A stretch of DNA of 64,000 nucleotides from an uncultured Gammaproteobacteria bacterium (lineage in GTDB: Bacteria; Patescibacteriota; Microgenomatia; UBA10105; UBA927), in NCBI GenBank assembly GCA_964448085.1, contig CAYUUX010000003.1, forward strand, positions 5,865 through 69,864. Reading direction: 5' to 3'. Position numbers and translations under genes: made by a program. Below are positions 27,118-37,514 of this stretch, piece after piece. The first letter of the stretch is position 1. Each line of letters opens with the position of its first letter. Below the pieces are notes generated by a model. That model saw only the letters and a program-made list of their open reading frames with translations, was not told the origin of the DNA and made no database searches.

Positions 27118-28116
27118 TTCTGGATTCGCAGAAACTGTATTGAAAGGAACAGCGTTTCCTCTAAAATATGCATACGCTCCAATATACGATGCGTTGTCCG
27201 TGCACAGAGCAATGGGTGGGCAATGGAAAGGGATGCTCGATTGTTGAAATTTTTTCCGAAGGTGAAGATTTGACGCAACCCCTCCTCCGATGAGGATAGA
27301 CCGTGCTCCTTGCTGTTCTACGGCTTTCAATGTTTTTGCAACGAGTACGTCAACAATTGCGTCTTGCACCTCATAAGCTATTCGTTGAACGGTAGTTTCG
27401 GTATACCCCGGTAATTCCTTTTGCCTGGTTATTTCGCGCAAGATTGCCGTTTTTAAACCAGAGAATGAGAAATTTAATGTATCATCATGAAGGAGCGGTC
27501 TGGGCAGCGTGCTTTTGTGTTTTCCTTGGATTTTTGGATACAAATTCGCTGCCTCTTGTATAGCAAGACCTCCTCGTGACCCAAATCCGAGGAGTCGTGC
27601 TGCTTTATCAAACGCTTCACCGGCCGCATCGTCAATCGTACCCCCAAGCCACCGGAGTTCTTTTGTATTCTTCATGAGAAAAAGTTCAGTGTGTCCGCCG
27701 GATACAACAAGTCCGATTGCCGGGAAAAGAATCTCGGTTGTTTGCGAAGATGCAAGAAAATTTGCATAGAGATGCGCGAGAACATGGTTGACGGGTATGA
27801 GGGGTTTTTTTGTGACATAACTTATTGTTTTTGCCGTTTCAACACCAATAAGGAGTGATCCGATAAGTCCGGGACCTATCGTCACGGCAACCGCGTCAAT
27901 ATGTTTCCAATCTTGGTTTGCTGCTCGCAGCGCCTCGTTGATGACGGGAAGCATGCATTTAAGTTGCTCCCGTGACGCCACCTCGGGAACAATGCCACCA
28001 TATTTTTCATGCATGGCTGAAGAAGTGGCGACGATATTGCTTAGAATTGTTGTTCCGTTTTTAACCACGGATGCGGACGTTTCATCACAGCTTGATTCAA
28101 TTGCGAGAATTATCAT
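27094..28116 (-). CDS. tsaD: tRNA N6-adenosine threonylcarbamoyltransferase TsaD (Kae1/YgjD family)
   Basis: N-terminal ILAIESSCDETSASVV, then HxxAH and GGVASN motifs. The start is set at MIILAIESS; the ORF track extends upstream. Confidence 0.85.
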   Translation of the reverse strand: MIILAIESSCDETSASVVKNGTTILSNIVATSSAMHEKYGGIVPEVASREQLKCMLPVINEALRAANQDWKHIDAVAVTIGPGLIGSLLIGVETAKTISYVTKKPLIPVNHVLAHLYANFLASSQTTEILFPAIGLVVSGGHTELFLMKNTKELRWLGGTIDDAAGEAFDKAARLLGFGSRGGLAIQEAANLYPKIQGKHKSTLPRPLLHDDTLNFSFSGLKTAILREITRQKELPGYTETTVQRIAYEVQDAIVDVLVAKTLKAVEQQGARSILIGGGVASNLHLRKKFQQSSIPFHCPPIALCTDNASYIGAYAYFRGNAVPFNTVSANPELSVENIA

Positions 28117-29267
28117 GTATGTAGCCGTTTCTTTAATTGTAATAAGAATACAATCCTTGGGAGCATAAAGATCTGAGATAGTAAGAGTGCAGTTGCAGGA
28201 GAGGTCCAATCGGCCACCACTCCAAGAAGAATTGAAAATATTCCAAACGCTACGTTTCCCATAAAGGAGACGATGGAAGCAAGGGTCGCTCGTTCGTTTT
28301 CCGTAAACTCCTTTTGCATTAATGCGTTTGATGCAACACCTGTTACACCAAATAAAAACGACGTAGACGACATGATAATGGGGGATGCAATGGTCGGAAA
28401 AACGAGAGAGATACCATTGATAATACGGTTTATACAGGTGTCAAATAACATAAGATTTAAACCACCGAATTTTTTAATCAGTTTCCCTGCATACCAATAG
28501 CTTATCCCGCCTCCTGCAAATGAGAGAGCTTTTGAAATACCGATCGCCCATGTTGGCCAAAGTGTTGCTATAAATGCAGATTTAAATTGGAAACCGGATT
28601 CGCCAACTCCAAATCCGATAATTTCGTCAATGCTGAGGAGTCTAAGGGTTTTGTTACGCCATATGTGTTTGATTGCATTTGAAAGATGCGAATAAATATT
28701 CGCCGTGGTCAATGATTGACTCTTTGGTTCTCGGACATAGAAAGAAAGAATGAAGCAGATAACTTGTGGAATAACAGAAAGCCACATGACCCATGCATAA
28801 GAAAAATAGGCGATAACGCTTCCTATGACAGTTCCAATCGTTAAAGCTGCTTGGAACATGGCGCTTACCTTCCCAAGGTAGTGATCATAGAGATCAGATT
28901 TTTTTAAATCGCGCAGTGAATCATGAAGTAGCGCATCATTATTGCCGCTATAAAATGCCCGTCCGACGCCTTCAAAAATGGCGCCAGCGGCAAGAAATCC
29001 GTATCCTCCACCGATTGCATAGCATGTTATGCTAACAACAGATGCGATCGCGCCTGCAGTTATGGTATTTTTCCTTCCAATTTTATCCGAAAGAATTCCT
29101 GTGGGAACCTCAAAAAAAGCGGAGGACACCATTGCTATGCTAAAAAGGCTCATTGCTAATGCATATGACCCGGTTATTTTTGCAAAATATAGAATGAGAA
29201 TTGCACTATAAAAATTAAAATCCGTAAAGAAATTAAATAGCGCTAAAACCCTGATATTACGCTCCAT
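28113..29267 (-). CDS. MFS transporter
   Basis: 12-TM hydropathy profile and MFS-like loop motifs (GILSDKIGRK). Confidence 0.7.
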   Translation of the reverse strand: MERNIRVLALFNFFTDFNFYSAILILYFAKITGSYALAMSLFSIAMVSSAFFEVPTGILSDKIGRKNTITAGAIASVVSITCYAIGGGYGFLAAGAIFEGVGRAFYSGNNDALLHDSLRDLKKSDLYDHYLGKVSAMFQAALTIGTVIGSVIAYFSYAWVMWLSVIPQVICFILSFYVREPKSQSLTTANIYSHLSNAIKHIWRNKTLRLLSIDEIIGFGVGESGFQFKSAFIATLWPTWAIGISKALSFAGGGISYWYAGKLIKKFGGLNLMLFDTCINRIINGISLVFPTIASPIIMSSTSFLFGVTGVASNALMQKEFTENERATLASIVSFMGNVAFGIFSILLGVVADWTSPATALLLSQIFMLPRIVFLLQLKKRLHT

Positions 29268-29278
29268 ATACGTATATT

Positions 29279-29704
29279 CTACTCGAGTTGAAGCAATTTC
29301 GCGAGAACGGACGTTGAGGGTGTTTCAACTTTTGGTATCACAATGGCTTTGGCACCAACGAGTTCAGTTTGCCGAAGTTTTTTTTCCAATATAGGATCAC
29401 CCTCTGTCAAAGCTATGTGCGTTGGTTGTATCCGTTGGACCATTGCGAAATAGTCAGCATCGTTGGTGAATGTGGGGAGCGATATAACCTCATCCACATA
29501 AATGAGAGACTCAAGCATTTTTTTTCGTTGTTCCTGTGTATGGAATGGTCTTCCTGGCCCTTTGAGTCGTTTGATTGTTTCATCGGATTCGAGCATAACA
29601 ACGAGTTTTCCTCCGTGTTGTTTAGCCTTTTCCAAAAAACTGATATGTCCGAAATGGAGTATGTCAAAACATCCACCGACAAGTATGAGAGGTGTTTTTT
29701 TCAT
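29279..29704 (-). CDS. Cytidylyl-/adenylyltransferase-family nucleotidyltransferase (HxGH)
   Basis: LVGGCFDILHFGHISFL carries the (T/H)xGH motif. ~140 aa, like TagD/RfaE-II/FAD-synthetase-type enzymes. Confidence 0.6.
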   Translation of the reverse strand: MKKTPLILVGGCFDILHFGHISFLEKAKQHGGKLVVMLESDETIKRLKGPGRPFHTQEQRKKMLESLIYVDEVISLPTFTNDADYFAMVQRIQPTHIALTEGDPILEKKLRQTELVGAKAIVIPKVETPSTSVLAKLLQLE

Positions 29705-31098
29705 TGTTTAACTCCTTTCAAAAAGACGGCTTGCCACGGTCGATAATTGGATGAGAATGTTTGTTCTGTTTGGACAACGCCGTTTTTCGTTACCCTATAA
29801 AGGAAGGATGCTTTTGCTCCCCAGGCGGCAAAATCGACCTGCCTGATTACGCCAACGGGAAGTGTTGGATCATCTTGGTATAACGGAGGAGGGGGTGCAA
29901 CAATGCCTCCTACAACATGATTCAGGATTTCCGCTTTTCTTCCATCAGGAGCGCCATAAAATTCGACAGTGAGTGTGAGATTGTCCGTATCGGTTTTTGT
30001 TTGAATAAGAATGTAGGAAGCGGTGTCGTTTATAAAACGTAAATCTTCCGTTGGATTAAAAACCGTTGCGTCTAGTCCGGCTTTTGATCCATCATCCTCA
30101 TAATAATGAACGCGATAGGAATGTTCGTGCCGTTCAGTGATGGGAAGACCCGCATTGAGTGCTGCCCGAAAGACAGTCGTCGAAACCTGACAGACTCCGC
30201 CTCCATCGCCCAAAACGGTTCTCCCGTCTTTTATGATATACGCAGATTGGTATCCCGTTGCGGCCGATATGTCCCCAACTGTTTTGTTAAAGGAAAAAGT
30301 GTCACCGGGGGCAATGAGAACACCGTTTAATTTCGACGCGGCAAGCGCAACATTGTGTATTCTACCCGGGATGGATCCGGGAAATTCAGAATATCCAATA
30401 CTGATGCGTTCTTTGATGCCAAATGAATTCGTCTGTTTTGTTGAAACAAGCGGTTCTATGGACAGGACGGGTATGGGAATGGTTATGTATCGCACATCGC
30501 GGGAAAGCGCCTCAATAAGTTTGTTGGAAATAAGCGTTCTCAAAGCGTCTTCATCAACGGATTTTCCCGTCTGGGATGGTTTAAATACTGCTACCTTACC
30601 GTTTGAAAATGAAAAAAGAGCATTTTGCACGGGTATATTAATTGAAGCAGAGAGGGAAGCTATGGTTGCATCAACTGCGTCTCTGTTCCACGTGTATGCA
30701 GGAGGAAGATTTGTAGGCTGCCGTCCATAGCGTTCACGGATATTACTTATAAAATGGGATGATCGTCCGATCAGTAATGCTTGCGTTGCTGACAAAGTCG
30801 CGTCATAGCCGATTCGTAATTCCGTTCCTGATACCGTTGCTGTTGTTGATTCGTATGTGAGTTCAATTTGGATATCGTTAAACGAGGTGTTTTTTTCCAT
30901 CCAATACGCCTTAATTTCTTCTTTGGTTTCGCCCCCAAATGGGATAGTATCAATGAAAACTTGCGGGTATGCCTTGTCCTTAAATGAAGATTCAAAATAC
31001 CATACAGCTCCGGCACTGGCGCCAATAAAGATGGTGATGCAAGAAAAAATGATCCATAAAACAGGGATATGCGCCGCCTTGTTGTTTTTATGAGCCAT
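29701..31098 (-). CDS. VanW-family protein (membrane anchored)
   Basis: N-terminal TM, then the VanW core GDGGGVCQVSTTVFRAALNAGLPITERHEHSY. Confidence 0.65.
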   Translation of the reverse strand: MAHKNNKAAHIPVLWIIFSCITIFIGASAGAVWYFESSFKDKAYPQVFIDTIPFGGETKEEIKAYWMEKNTSFNDIQIELTYESTTATVSGTELRIGYDATLSATQALLIGRSSHFISNIRERYGRQPTNLPPAYTWNRDAVDATIASLSASINIPVQNALFSFSNGKVAVFKPSQTGKSVDEDALRTLISNKLIEALSRDVRYITIPIPVLSIEPLVSTKQTNSFGIKERISIGYSEFPGSIPGRIHNVALAASKLNGVLIAPGDTFSFNKTVGDISAATGYQSAYIIKDGRTVLGDGGGVCQVSTTVFRAALNAGLPITERHEHSYRVHYYEDDGSKAGLDATVFNPTEDLRFINDTASYILIQTKTDTDNLTLTVEFYGAPDGRKAEILNHVVGGIVAPPPPLYQDDPTLPVGVIRQVDFAAWGAKASFLYRVTKNGVVQTEQTFSSNYRPWQAVFLKGVKQ

Positions 31099-32649
31099 GG
31101 TATGATTATTGTACAGGATTTTTTTATGATTACGCCACCATCAAACCCGAATCCAAACGAAGGTATTACATTTGGACAATTACAGGATTTTTCTGGACAG
31201 GAAACCGTTGTTGTTCCCCCTACGCCCACACCAGAAGCAACAGCGCCTGTGGTAGAAGTATCGCCGGATATGCAAGTCCCTTTGCCAACGATACCTGAAA
31301 AGGAGCAAGGGGGACGGCGATCTAACCCGTGGCCAAAAAGGATTATCCTTTTTTTGTTATTGATCATTCTTATTATTGGTGGCCTATTTGGAGGAAGATA
31401 CATCATCGATATGATGAATGCGTCTAAAGAGGTCACAATATCCTATTGGGGCTTATGGGAAGATGAATCGATTATACAGCCAGTGATCGCAGCGTTTGAA
31501 GCAAAAAATCCTAAAATTAAGGTTCAATACAGCAAACAATCCCATAAACAGTATCGGGAACGGTTGCAAGCTGCTATATCCCGCGGGGAAGGTCCTGACG
31601 TATTTCGATTTCATAATACTTGGGTTCCGATGATGCGCAACGATTTATCGCTTGTTCCCGAAGGAGTGATGACGACGAACGAATTTGATAATATATTTTA
31701 TCCAGTTGCGTCAAATGATCTTGTTGCAGGAAACGCAATTTATGGGATTCCCGTTATGTTTGATGGTTTGGGACTGTATTACAACGAAGACCTGTTTGCG
31801 ACAGCGGGAATTACTGCGCCACCCTCAACATGGGAAGAATTGCTGACGATGGTACCGAAGATTGCTAAGCCAGACGGGGAAACCTTCACAATATCCGCCA
31901 TAGCATTGGGAACAACAGGCAACGTTGAACATTATTCCGACATTCTTTCAACCATGTTTATGCAAAACGGTATCGGAAACGGAATACCGCAAGGAACCAC
32001 TGCGCAAGAAGCGCTTATGTTTTATAGGAAATTCGCAACGCCGAATGATCCTGTATACACTTGGAATGACACCATGGATAATTCGATTTACGCATTTGCC
32101 ATAGGAAAAGTAGCCATGATCATGGCACCTTCTTGGAGAGCGTTCGATATTCAATCAATCAATCCGAATTTACGTTTTAAAATTGCACCAATTCCCCAAT
32201 TGCCCGGTTCTTCAGTCAATTGGGCTTCGTATTGGGTGGAAGGGGTATCCAGTCAGAGTAAATACCAGCAACAGGCATGGGAATTTGTGAAGTTTTTGAC
32301 CAGTAAAGAAGGGGCGACGCTTCTCTATAGCGAAGCACAACGATCCAGAAAACTTTTTGGAGAACCATATGCTCGAAAAGAGCTCGCTGCTATGCTGGAG
32401 GATGACCCGTATGTTGGTGCATATATAAAACAAGCGCCGACCGCACAATCATTTCCCTTGGCATCAAGAACGTTTGATAACGGACTCAATGATCGATTGA
32501 TCGTATATCTGCAAAATGCCGTGAATGCGATAAAAGACGGCTCTTCTCCGGAAAGCGAAATGGAAACAATGGTTGCCGGTTTTCAACAAGTGTTTTCAAC
32601 ATACGGATTGGTGTCAAACACTGCCCCAGCAGCCTCCGGACAACAATAA
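31069..32649 (+). CDS. Membrane-anchored extracellular solute-binding protein (ABC-type family 1) with a Pro-rich N-terminal region
   Basis: TM helix ILFLLLIILIIGGLFGG followed by an SBP_bac_1-like fold (ISYWGLWED...KIKVQY...). Confidence 0.5.
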   Translation: MRRLVVFMSHGMIIVQDFFMITPPSNPNPNEGITFGQLQDFSGQETVVVPPTPTPEATAPVVEVSPDMQVPLPTIPEKEQGGRRSNPWPKRIILFLLLIILIIGGLFGGRYIIDMMNASKEVTISYWGLWEDESIIQPVIAAFEAKNPKIKVQYSKQSHKQYRERLQAAISRGEGPDVFRFHNTWVPMMRNDLSLVPEGVMTTNEFDNIFYPVASNDLVAGNAIYGIPVMFDGLGLYYNEDLFATAGITAPPSTWEELLTMVPKIAKPDGETFTISAIALGTTGNVEHYSDILSTMFMQNGIGNGIPQGTTAQEALMFYRKFATPNDPVYTWNDTMDNSIYAFAIGKVAMIMAPSWRAFDIQSINPNLRFKIAPIPQLPGSSVNWASYWVEGVSSQSKYQQQAWEFVKFLTSKEGATLLYSEAQRSRKLFGEPYARKELAAMLEDDPYVGAYIKQAPTAQSFPLASRTFDNGLNDRLIVYLQNAVNAIKDGSSPESEMETMVAGFQQVFSTYGLVSNTAPAASGQQ

Positions 32650-33554
32650 TGGCGTCCTTACAATCGATGGTTCTCTCCGCGATGCTTTATGCGGATATTT
32701 TTCATTATCCATTGACGTTTCGTGAAATTGTTTTTTGGGTTCCTTCAGCCAAGCGTATCCAAGCAAAGAGTATTACGAAAGTATTGTCGTATTTGGTGAA
32801 GTACAGAAAAATTCAGTATTATGCGCCATTTTTTGTCCTGCCGCGAAGGGTGTCGCTCATAGGGATTCGCGCAAGGCACTTGGAGGCAAGCAGGAAAAAA
32901 TGGACCAAAGCCTATACATTTGCGCGTTGGGTGCAATGGATACCGACGGTGATGCTTGTCGGCGTGACGGGTGGTGTTGCCATGAATAATGCAGACATTG
33001 ATGATGATATCGATATTTGTATTGTGGCAAGAAAAAAAACGGTGTGGATTACTCGGTTTTTCGTCACGCTGTTTGCGGAGTTGATGAATAATAGGAGAAG
33101 GCCAGATTCGACACATGTTAAAGATAAGATTTGTTTGAATATGTTTCTTTCAGAAACGTCCCTTGCTGTTCCAATGTCAGAGCGTGGTCTTTATGAGGCT
33201 CATGAAGTATTACAAATGGTTCCTTTGTGGGAGCGAAGTTCTACCTATAAGAAATTCGTATCTGCTAACACATGGGCAAGCTTGTGTTACCATAATGCAT
33301 TTTTTTCTCGAAATAAATTGAAGAGTAAACAGATACGAAGATTCAGAGGGGCAGAAAAAATATGTTCTTTGTTTGAGTCACCAGCAAGGGTATTACAGCT
33401 TTGGTATATGAATAAACGGAGAACGTCAGAAGTGGTTACGAAAGACAAAATACGTTTTCATCCGATTGACAGGCGAGCATTGATACATAATCAATATAGG
33501 AAGCTCCTTGGGTTAAGAAAAATTCCCCTTGACAAGAATCTTGCCCAAATCTAA
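32649..33554 (+). CDS. Hypothetical protein with a minimal nucleotidyltransferase (Pol-beta-like) motif
   Basis: VGVTGGVAMNNADIDDDIDICIV resembles the GS/GG...DxD NTase motif. Highly basic. The assignment is tentative. Confidence 0.3.
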   Translation: MASLQSMVLSAMLYADIFHYPLTFREIVFWVPSAKRIQAKSITKVLSYLVKYRKIQYYAPFFVLPRRVSLIGIRARHLEASRKKWTKAYTFARWVQWIPTVMLVGVTGGVAMNNADIDDDIDICIVARKKTVWITRFFVTLFAELMNNRRRPDSTHVKDKICLNMFLSETSLAVPMSERGLYEAHEVLQMVPLWERSSTYKKFVSANTWASLCYHNAFFSRNKLKSKQIRRFRGAEKICSLFESPARVLQLWYMNKRRTSEVVTKDKIRFHPIDRRALIHNQYRKLLGLRKIPLDKNLAQI

Positions 33555-33557
33555 AAT
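33529..33557 (+). promoter_or_regulatory. Near-consensus sigma70 promoter of groES-groL (TTGACA, 17-nt spacer, TAAAAT)
   Basis: TTGACA at 33529-33534 and TAAAAT at 33552-33557. Confidence 0.55.
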
Positions 33558-33562
33558 AGCAG

Positions 33563-33578
33563 TCACTCATAATGAGTG
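33563..33578 (+). promoter_or_regulatory. CIRCE-like inverted repeat (CACTCAT-a-ATGAGTG) at the groES TSS; putative HrcA operator with a short spacer
   Basis: Perfect palindrome tcactcataatgagtg whose arms contain the CIRCE half-site cores CACTC/GAGTG. The spacer is shorter than canonical CIRCE. Confidence 0.45.
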
Positions 33579-33615
33579 CCAAAGAAAAGTTAGTAGAATT
33601 TTTTAAGGAGGATGT

Positions 33616-33906
33616 ATGACAAAGATAACGCCACTGTTTGATAATGTGTTAATCAAACCGCTTGAAGCAGAAGAGAAGCTCCCTTCAGGAATCGTTCTTC
33701 CTGACAATGCAAAAGAAAAACCACAAATGGGAGAGATTATGGCAGTTGGTCCTGGAGCAAAGGACGAAAAAGGGAACACCATTTCAATGGTCGTGAAACA
33801 GGGGGATAAGGTTATGTATAAGAAGTGGGGAGGAAACGAAGTGAAAGTCAACGGAGAAGAATGGATGATTGTTGAACAAAAAGATATATTAGCAGTTATT
33901 AAATAA
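33616..33906 (+). CDS. groES: Co-chaperonin GroES
   Basis: [10 protein letters not shown]...GIVLPD...GEIMAVGPG, 96 aa, with the RBS aaggagg. Confidence 0.92.
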   Translation: MTKITPLFDNVLIKPLEAEEKLPSGIVLPDNAKEKPQMGEIMAVGPGAKDEKGNTISMVVKQGDKVMYKKWGGNEVKVNGEEWMIVEQKDILAVIK

Positions 33907-33926
33907 CCACTTTTAAAGGAGGACAT

Positions 33927-35570
33927 ATGGCAAAACAAATTACTTTTTCAGACGAAGCGAGAACAAAATTGGTAAACGGAGTCAACGTTCTTGCAAAAGC
34001 AGTTGTTACCACTTTGGGACCCAAAGGGCGAAATGTGGCCATTGATAGAAAATGGGGAGCTCCAAACGTTATTCACGACGGTGTAACGGTTGCAAAGGAA
34101 ATAGAATTACAGGATCCCTTTGAAAACATGGGGGCACAACTTGTAAAAGAAGCTGCCAGTAAAACAAATGATGTGGCAGGAGATGGAACAACGACAGCCA
34201 CGCTGTTGGCCCAATCGATAGTAAACGCCGGGTTCAAAAACGTAACCGCCGGAGCAAACCCAATGATTTTGAAAGTGGGTATGGAAAAAGGCGTTGAGAC
34301 GGTGGTTACAGAGATTAAAAAGATGGCAAAAACCGTCAAAGAAGCTGACGTAGCGAAAGTGGCAACGATTTCTGCACAGGATGAAAAAATTGGGGGATTG
34401 ATAGCAGAAGCATTGCAAAAAGTAGGGAAAGACGGCGTTGTAACAGTAGAAGAAGGAAAAGGGCTGACAATGGAAATCGAATACAAGGAAGGAATGGAGT
34501 TTGACAAGGGATATGCTTCACCGTATTTTGTGACAAACGCAGATAAAATGGAAGCAGAAATTTCCGATGCGTATCTTTTGATCACTGACAAGAAGATTTC
34601 AGCAATTTCCGATTTACTTCCGTTTTTGGAAAAATTTATCAAAGTATCCAAAAACCTCGTTATTATAGCTGATGAAATTGACGGTGAAGCGCTTGCGACG
34701 CTCGTTGTGAATAAAATGCGGGGCACATTTAATGTGCTGGCTATTAAAGCTCCCGGATTTGGCGACAGACGGAAAGCAATGCTTGAGGATATCGCAATAT
34801 TAACGGGCGGCACTGTTATTTCAGAAGACACAGGTCGGAAGATTGAGAATATTACAGTTGAAGATTGTGGACGCGCTGATAAAGTTTGGGCAGATAAAGA
34901 AAACTGCAGGATTATCGGCGGCAAAGGTCCGGCAACAGCCTTAAAAGCAAGGATTGCACAGATCCGTCGGGAAATTGACGATACAACGAGTGATTTTGAT
35001 CGAGAGAAATTACAAGAACGACTCGCAAAACTTTCTGGAGGAGTAGCTGTTATTAACGTAGGGGCTGCAACGGAGGTAGAGTTGAAAGATAAAAAAGAAC
35101 GGGTGAATGACGCTGTTTCCGCCACCAAAGCGGCTCTTGAGGAAGGTATTGTGGCAGGGGGAGGCGTTGCGCTTCTTCGTGCAAGGACAGCATTGTTAAA
35201 ACTGAAAGAAACGTTATCCGTTGAAGATGAGAAGACCGGTATAGACATTTTATACAAAGCATTAGGTGAACCGGTAAGATGGATTGCTAAAAACGCCGGC
35301 GCAGATGATGGGTGGGTGTTAAAGACCATTGAACAGTCAAAAGTGTCCGATTTTGGCTTCAACGCGATGACACTGGTTTTTGAACCAATGATTCAAGCGG
35401 GAATACTTGATCCAGCAAAGGTGACACGAAGCGCTGTACAAAATGCGGCAAGCATTGGCATGATGGTGTTAACGACAGAGGCATTAATAACTGATATTCC
35501 GGAAAAGAAAGATGCCGGAGCTGGAGCTATGCCGGGTGGCATGGGCGGCATGGGTGGAATGGACTATTAA
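33927..35570 (+). CDS. groL: Chaperonin GroEL
   Basis: [11 protein letters not shown]..., [12 protein letters not shown], and a C-terminal GGMGGMGGM tail. Confidence 0.95.
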   Translation: MAKQITFSDEARTKLVNGVNVLAKAVVTTLGPKGRNVAIDRKWGAPNVIHDGVTVAKEIELQDPFENMGAQLVKEAASKTNDVAGDGTTTATLLAQSIVNAGFKNVTAGANPMILKVGMEKGVETVVTEIKKMAKTVKEADVAKVATISAQDEKIGGLIAEALQKVGKDGVVTVEEGKGLTMEIEYKEGMEFDKGYASPYFVTNADKMEAEISDAYLLITDKKISAISDLLPFLEKFIKVSKNLVIIADEIDGEALATLVVNKMRGTFNVLAIKAPGFGDRRKAMLEDIAILTGGTVISEDTGRKIENITVEDCGRADKVWADKENCRIIGGKGPATALKARIAQIRREIDDTTSDFDREKLQERLAKLSGGVAVINVGAATEVELKDKKERVNDAVSATKAALEEGIVAGGGVALLRARTALLKLKETLSVEDEKTGIDILYKALGEPVRWIAKNAGADDGWVLKTIEQSKVSDFGFNAMTLVFEPMIQAGILDPAKVTRSAVQNAASIGMMVLTTEALITDIPEKKDAGAGAMPGGMGGMGGMDY

Positions 35571-35588
35571 CGGTAATAAAACAACATA

Positions 35589-35614
35589 AGCCCCGGGAAA
35601 CCGGGGTTTTTGTT
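35589..35614 (+). terminator. Rho-independent terminator of the groESL operon
   Basis: The hairpin ccccgggaaaccgggg is followed by tttttgtt. Confidence 0.75.
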
Positions 35615-35655
35615 GTAAAATGGGAGTTATGGTGATACGTTGACTGTGTGTTTGT

Positions 35656-36531
35656 ATGAAACAGTATTTTTTGACAGAAATCATCACAAAAGATCAAGTA
35701 GTCCATCAGGGTGTATACCACCATCCAGCAAAAAAATCTGATATCGCAATCCTTTGGATACATGGATTAGCAAGTACGTTCTACGGGAATATTCCTCTCC
35801 TGGATGCTTTTACAGCAGCATGCGACGAACATGGATATGGTTTTGCATCCTTTAATAACAGAGGGCATGATGTGGTAACCGGACCCAAGAAACTGGACGA
35901 AACAAGTGCAAAAGGGTATATCCGGATATCAGGGGGAGCAGGAAAGGAACATTTTGAAGATTGCGCTCAAGATATCGAAGCTGGCATTTCGTTTCTTGCA
36001 TCCCAGGGGTACAAGAAAATTATTCTTGCCGGTCACAGCACTGGAGCAAATAAAGCGTGTTATTATGCAGGAGCCACGAATGATGATCGCGTGGCGGGGG
36101 TTGTGCTTGCGGGTCCAATGAGCGACAGGCTTGGTACCTCCATACCAAAAATTTCCTATCTTTTGATGAAACTTTGTATCACTTTTGGTTTCGGAGATAC
36201 ACTTTTGAAACCAAAAGGGTCAGTTTTTTCTCTTACTCCAAAAAGATTCTTAAGCTTATTTCAAAAAGGCTCCACGGAAGACCTCTTTGATTATGGAGAC
36301 AAAAGGCCTCGATTAAAAGAATTTCAAAGAATACGCAAGCCGGTGATGGTGATCATAGGGGAGCGAGATGAGTATGCCGACAGGCCAGTTGGGGATATTC
36401 TAAAGGTATTTGATAGTCGCCATAGGGCGACTATCTACAAAAGCATCATTGTGCAGGGAGCCAACCATAGATTCGAAGGGGCAGAAAAAAAGTTTGTCGA
36501 AGAAGTGGCGCGTTGGATTCAATCGATATAG
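35656..36531 (+). CDS. Alpha/beta-hydrolase-fold protein
   Basis: Nucleophile elbow AGHSTGA (GxSxG), an upstream HG-type oxyanion region (WIHGLAST), and a C-terminal acid/His region. Confidence 0.55.
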   Translation: MKQYFLTEIITKDQVVHQGVYHHPAKKSDIAILWIHGLASTFYGNIPLLDAFTAACDEHGYGFASFNNRGHDVVTGPKKLDETSAKGYIRISGGAGKEHFEDCAQDIEAGISFLASQGYKKIILAGHSTGANKACYYAGATNDDRVAGVVLAGPMSDRLGTSIPKISYLLMKLCITFGFGDTLLKPKGSVFSLTPKRFLSLFQKGSTEDLFDYGDKRPRLKEFQRIRKPVMVIIGERDEYADRPVGDILKVFDSRHRATIYKSIIVQGANHRFEGAEKKFVEEVARWIQSI

Positions 36532-36540
36532 ATTTTTTGG

Positions 36541-37503
36541 TTGATTGTAGTTTTGTCGTGTGCTAGTATCGTCTGTACCATGAAGAAAAAGATTATTTTT
36601 CTGATCGGATTATTATTATTTGGCGCCATAATCATTGGCGGTATTAAATATTTATTGCAGCGTGCACCCAAGCAAGGAAACCTCAAAGTAGATAGTAATC
36701 CCGTGGCAAGCGTATTTTTGAACAATAAACATATCGGAAGAACACCTATAGATGCTACAGCCATGAAAGTTGATGCTGGTGAATATACGCTGAAAATCGT
36801 ACCGGAATCGGGAACCACGCAATTTGCAAGTTGGCAGGGGAATATTAAGATAGGAGCGAACTTACTGACGTATATCCGAAGCGACTTATCTGAATCAGAA
36901 CTCTCCAGCGCGGTTGATGTCGTGTGGTTGGAAAAAATTTCCGGGAAAAATGCAGAAATAGCTGTGACAACAACACCTGATAGTGCCATGGTATTGCTTG
37001 ATGATGTCACGAAGGGAATGACCCCGATTACTATTGAAAACGTAGTTCCTGGAAATCATACGATTACCGTATCTTCATCAGGATTTTTACAAAGAACATT
37101 AAAGGTACAATTAACGCCCGGATATCGATTGGTGGCTGCGGTAAAGCTTGCCTTATCCTCTTTTACCGAGGATCGTGTCGCTTCAGTAGCAGCAACCAGC
37201 GAGAAACCTGCTACAGCATCCGGAACCCCAAAAACGAGTCCTAAACCAAGTGCAACGGGAACCGCGAGCGTGGTTGACCCGGAAAAACCGTACGCTTTAA
37301 TAAAAGACACTCCGACAGGATATTTGAATGTACGTATGGCTCCTTCTAAGACCGCGACAAAAACAGCAGAGGTGAAACCCGGTGAGAAATATTCGTATGA
37401 AGATTCACAAAAAGATTCCGCTGGTACCGTTTGGTATGAAATTAAAAAAGATGAAGCTGTATTAGGTTGGGTTTCCGGACAGTATATTACCGTCGTTGAG
37501 TGA
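36541..37503 (+). CDS. Membrane-anchored PEGA-domain protein with a C-terminal SH3b-like domain
   Basis: TM helix, PEGA-like VTTTPDSAMVLLDDVTKGMTPITIENVVPGNHTITVS, a T/P-rich linker, and the C-terminal GYLNVRMAP...VWYEIK...GWVSGQY (bacterial SH3-like). Confidence 0.45.
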   Translation: MIVVLSCASIVCTMKKKIIFLIGLLLFGAIIIGGIKYLLQRAPKQGNLKVDSNPVASVFLNNKHIGRTPIDATAMKVDAGEYTLKIVPESGTTQFASWQGNIKIGANLLTYIRSDLSESELSSAVDVVWLEKISGKNAEIAVTTTPDSAMVLLDDVTKGMTPITIENVVPGNHTITVSSSGFLQRTLKVQLTPGYRLVAAVKLALSSFTEDRVASVAATSEKPATASGTPKTSPKPSATGTASVVDPEKPYALIKDTPTGYLNVRMAPSKTATKTAEVKPGEKYSYEDSQKDSAGTVWYEIKKDEAVLGWVSGQYITVVE

Positions 37504-37514
37504 TTTCCCCATTT

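Noticed and set aside
33561-33581. Canonical CIRCE (TTAGCACTC-N9-GAGTGCTAA)
   Set aside because: The arms match only partially and the spacer is 5 nt rather than 9. It is reported as CIRCE-like, not as a true CIRCE.
34073-35362. 429-aa ORF on the minus strand
   Set aside because: It is antisense to the unambiguous groEL gene. Its low-complexity S/T/A/P translation is what you get from reading a GC-skewed coding strand backwards.
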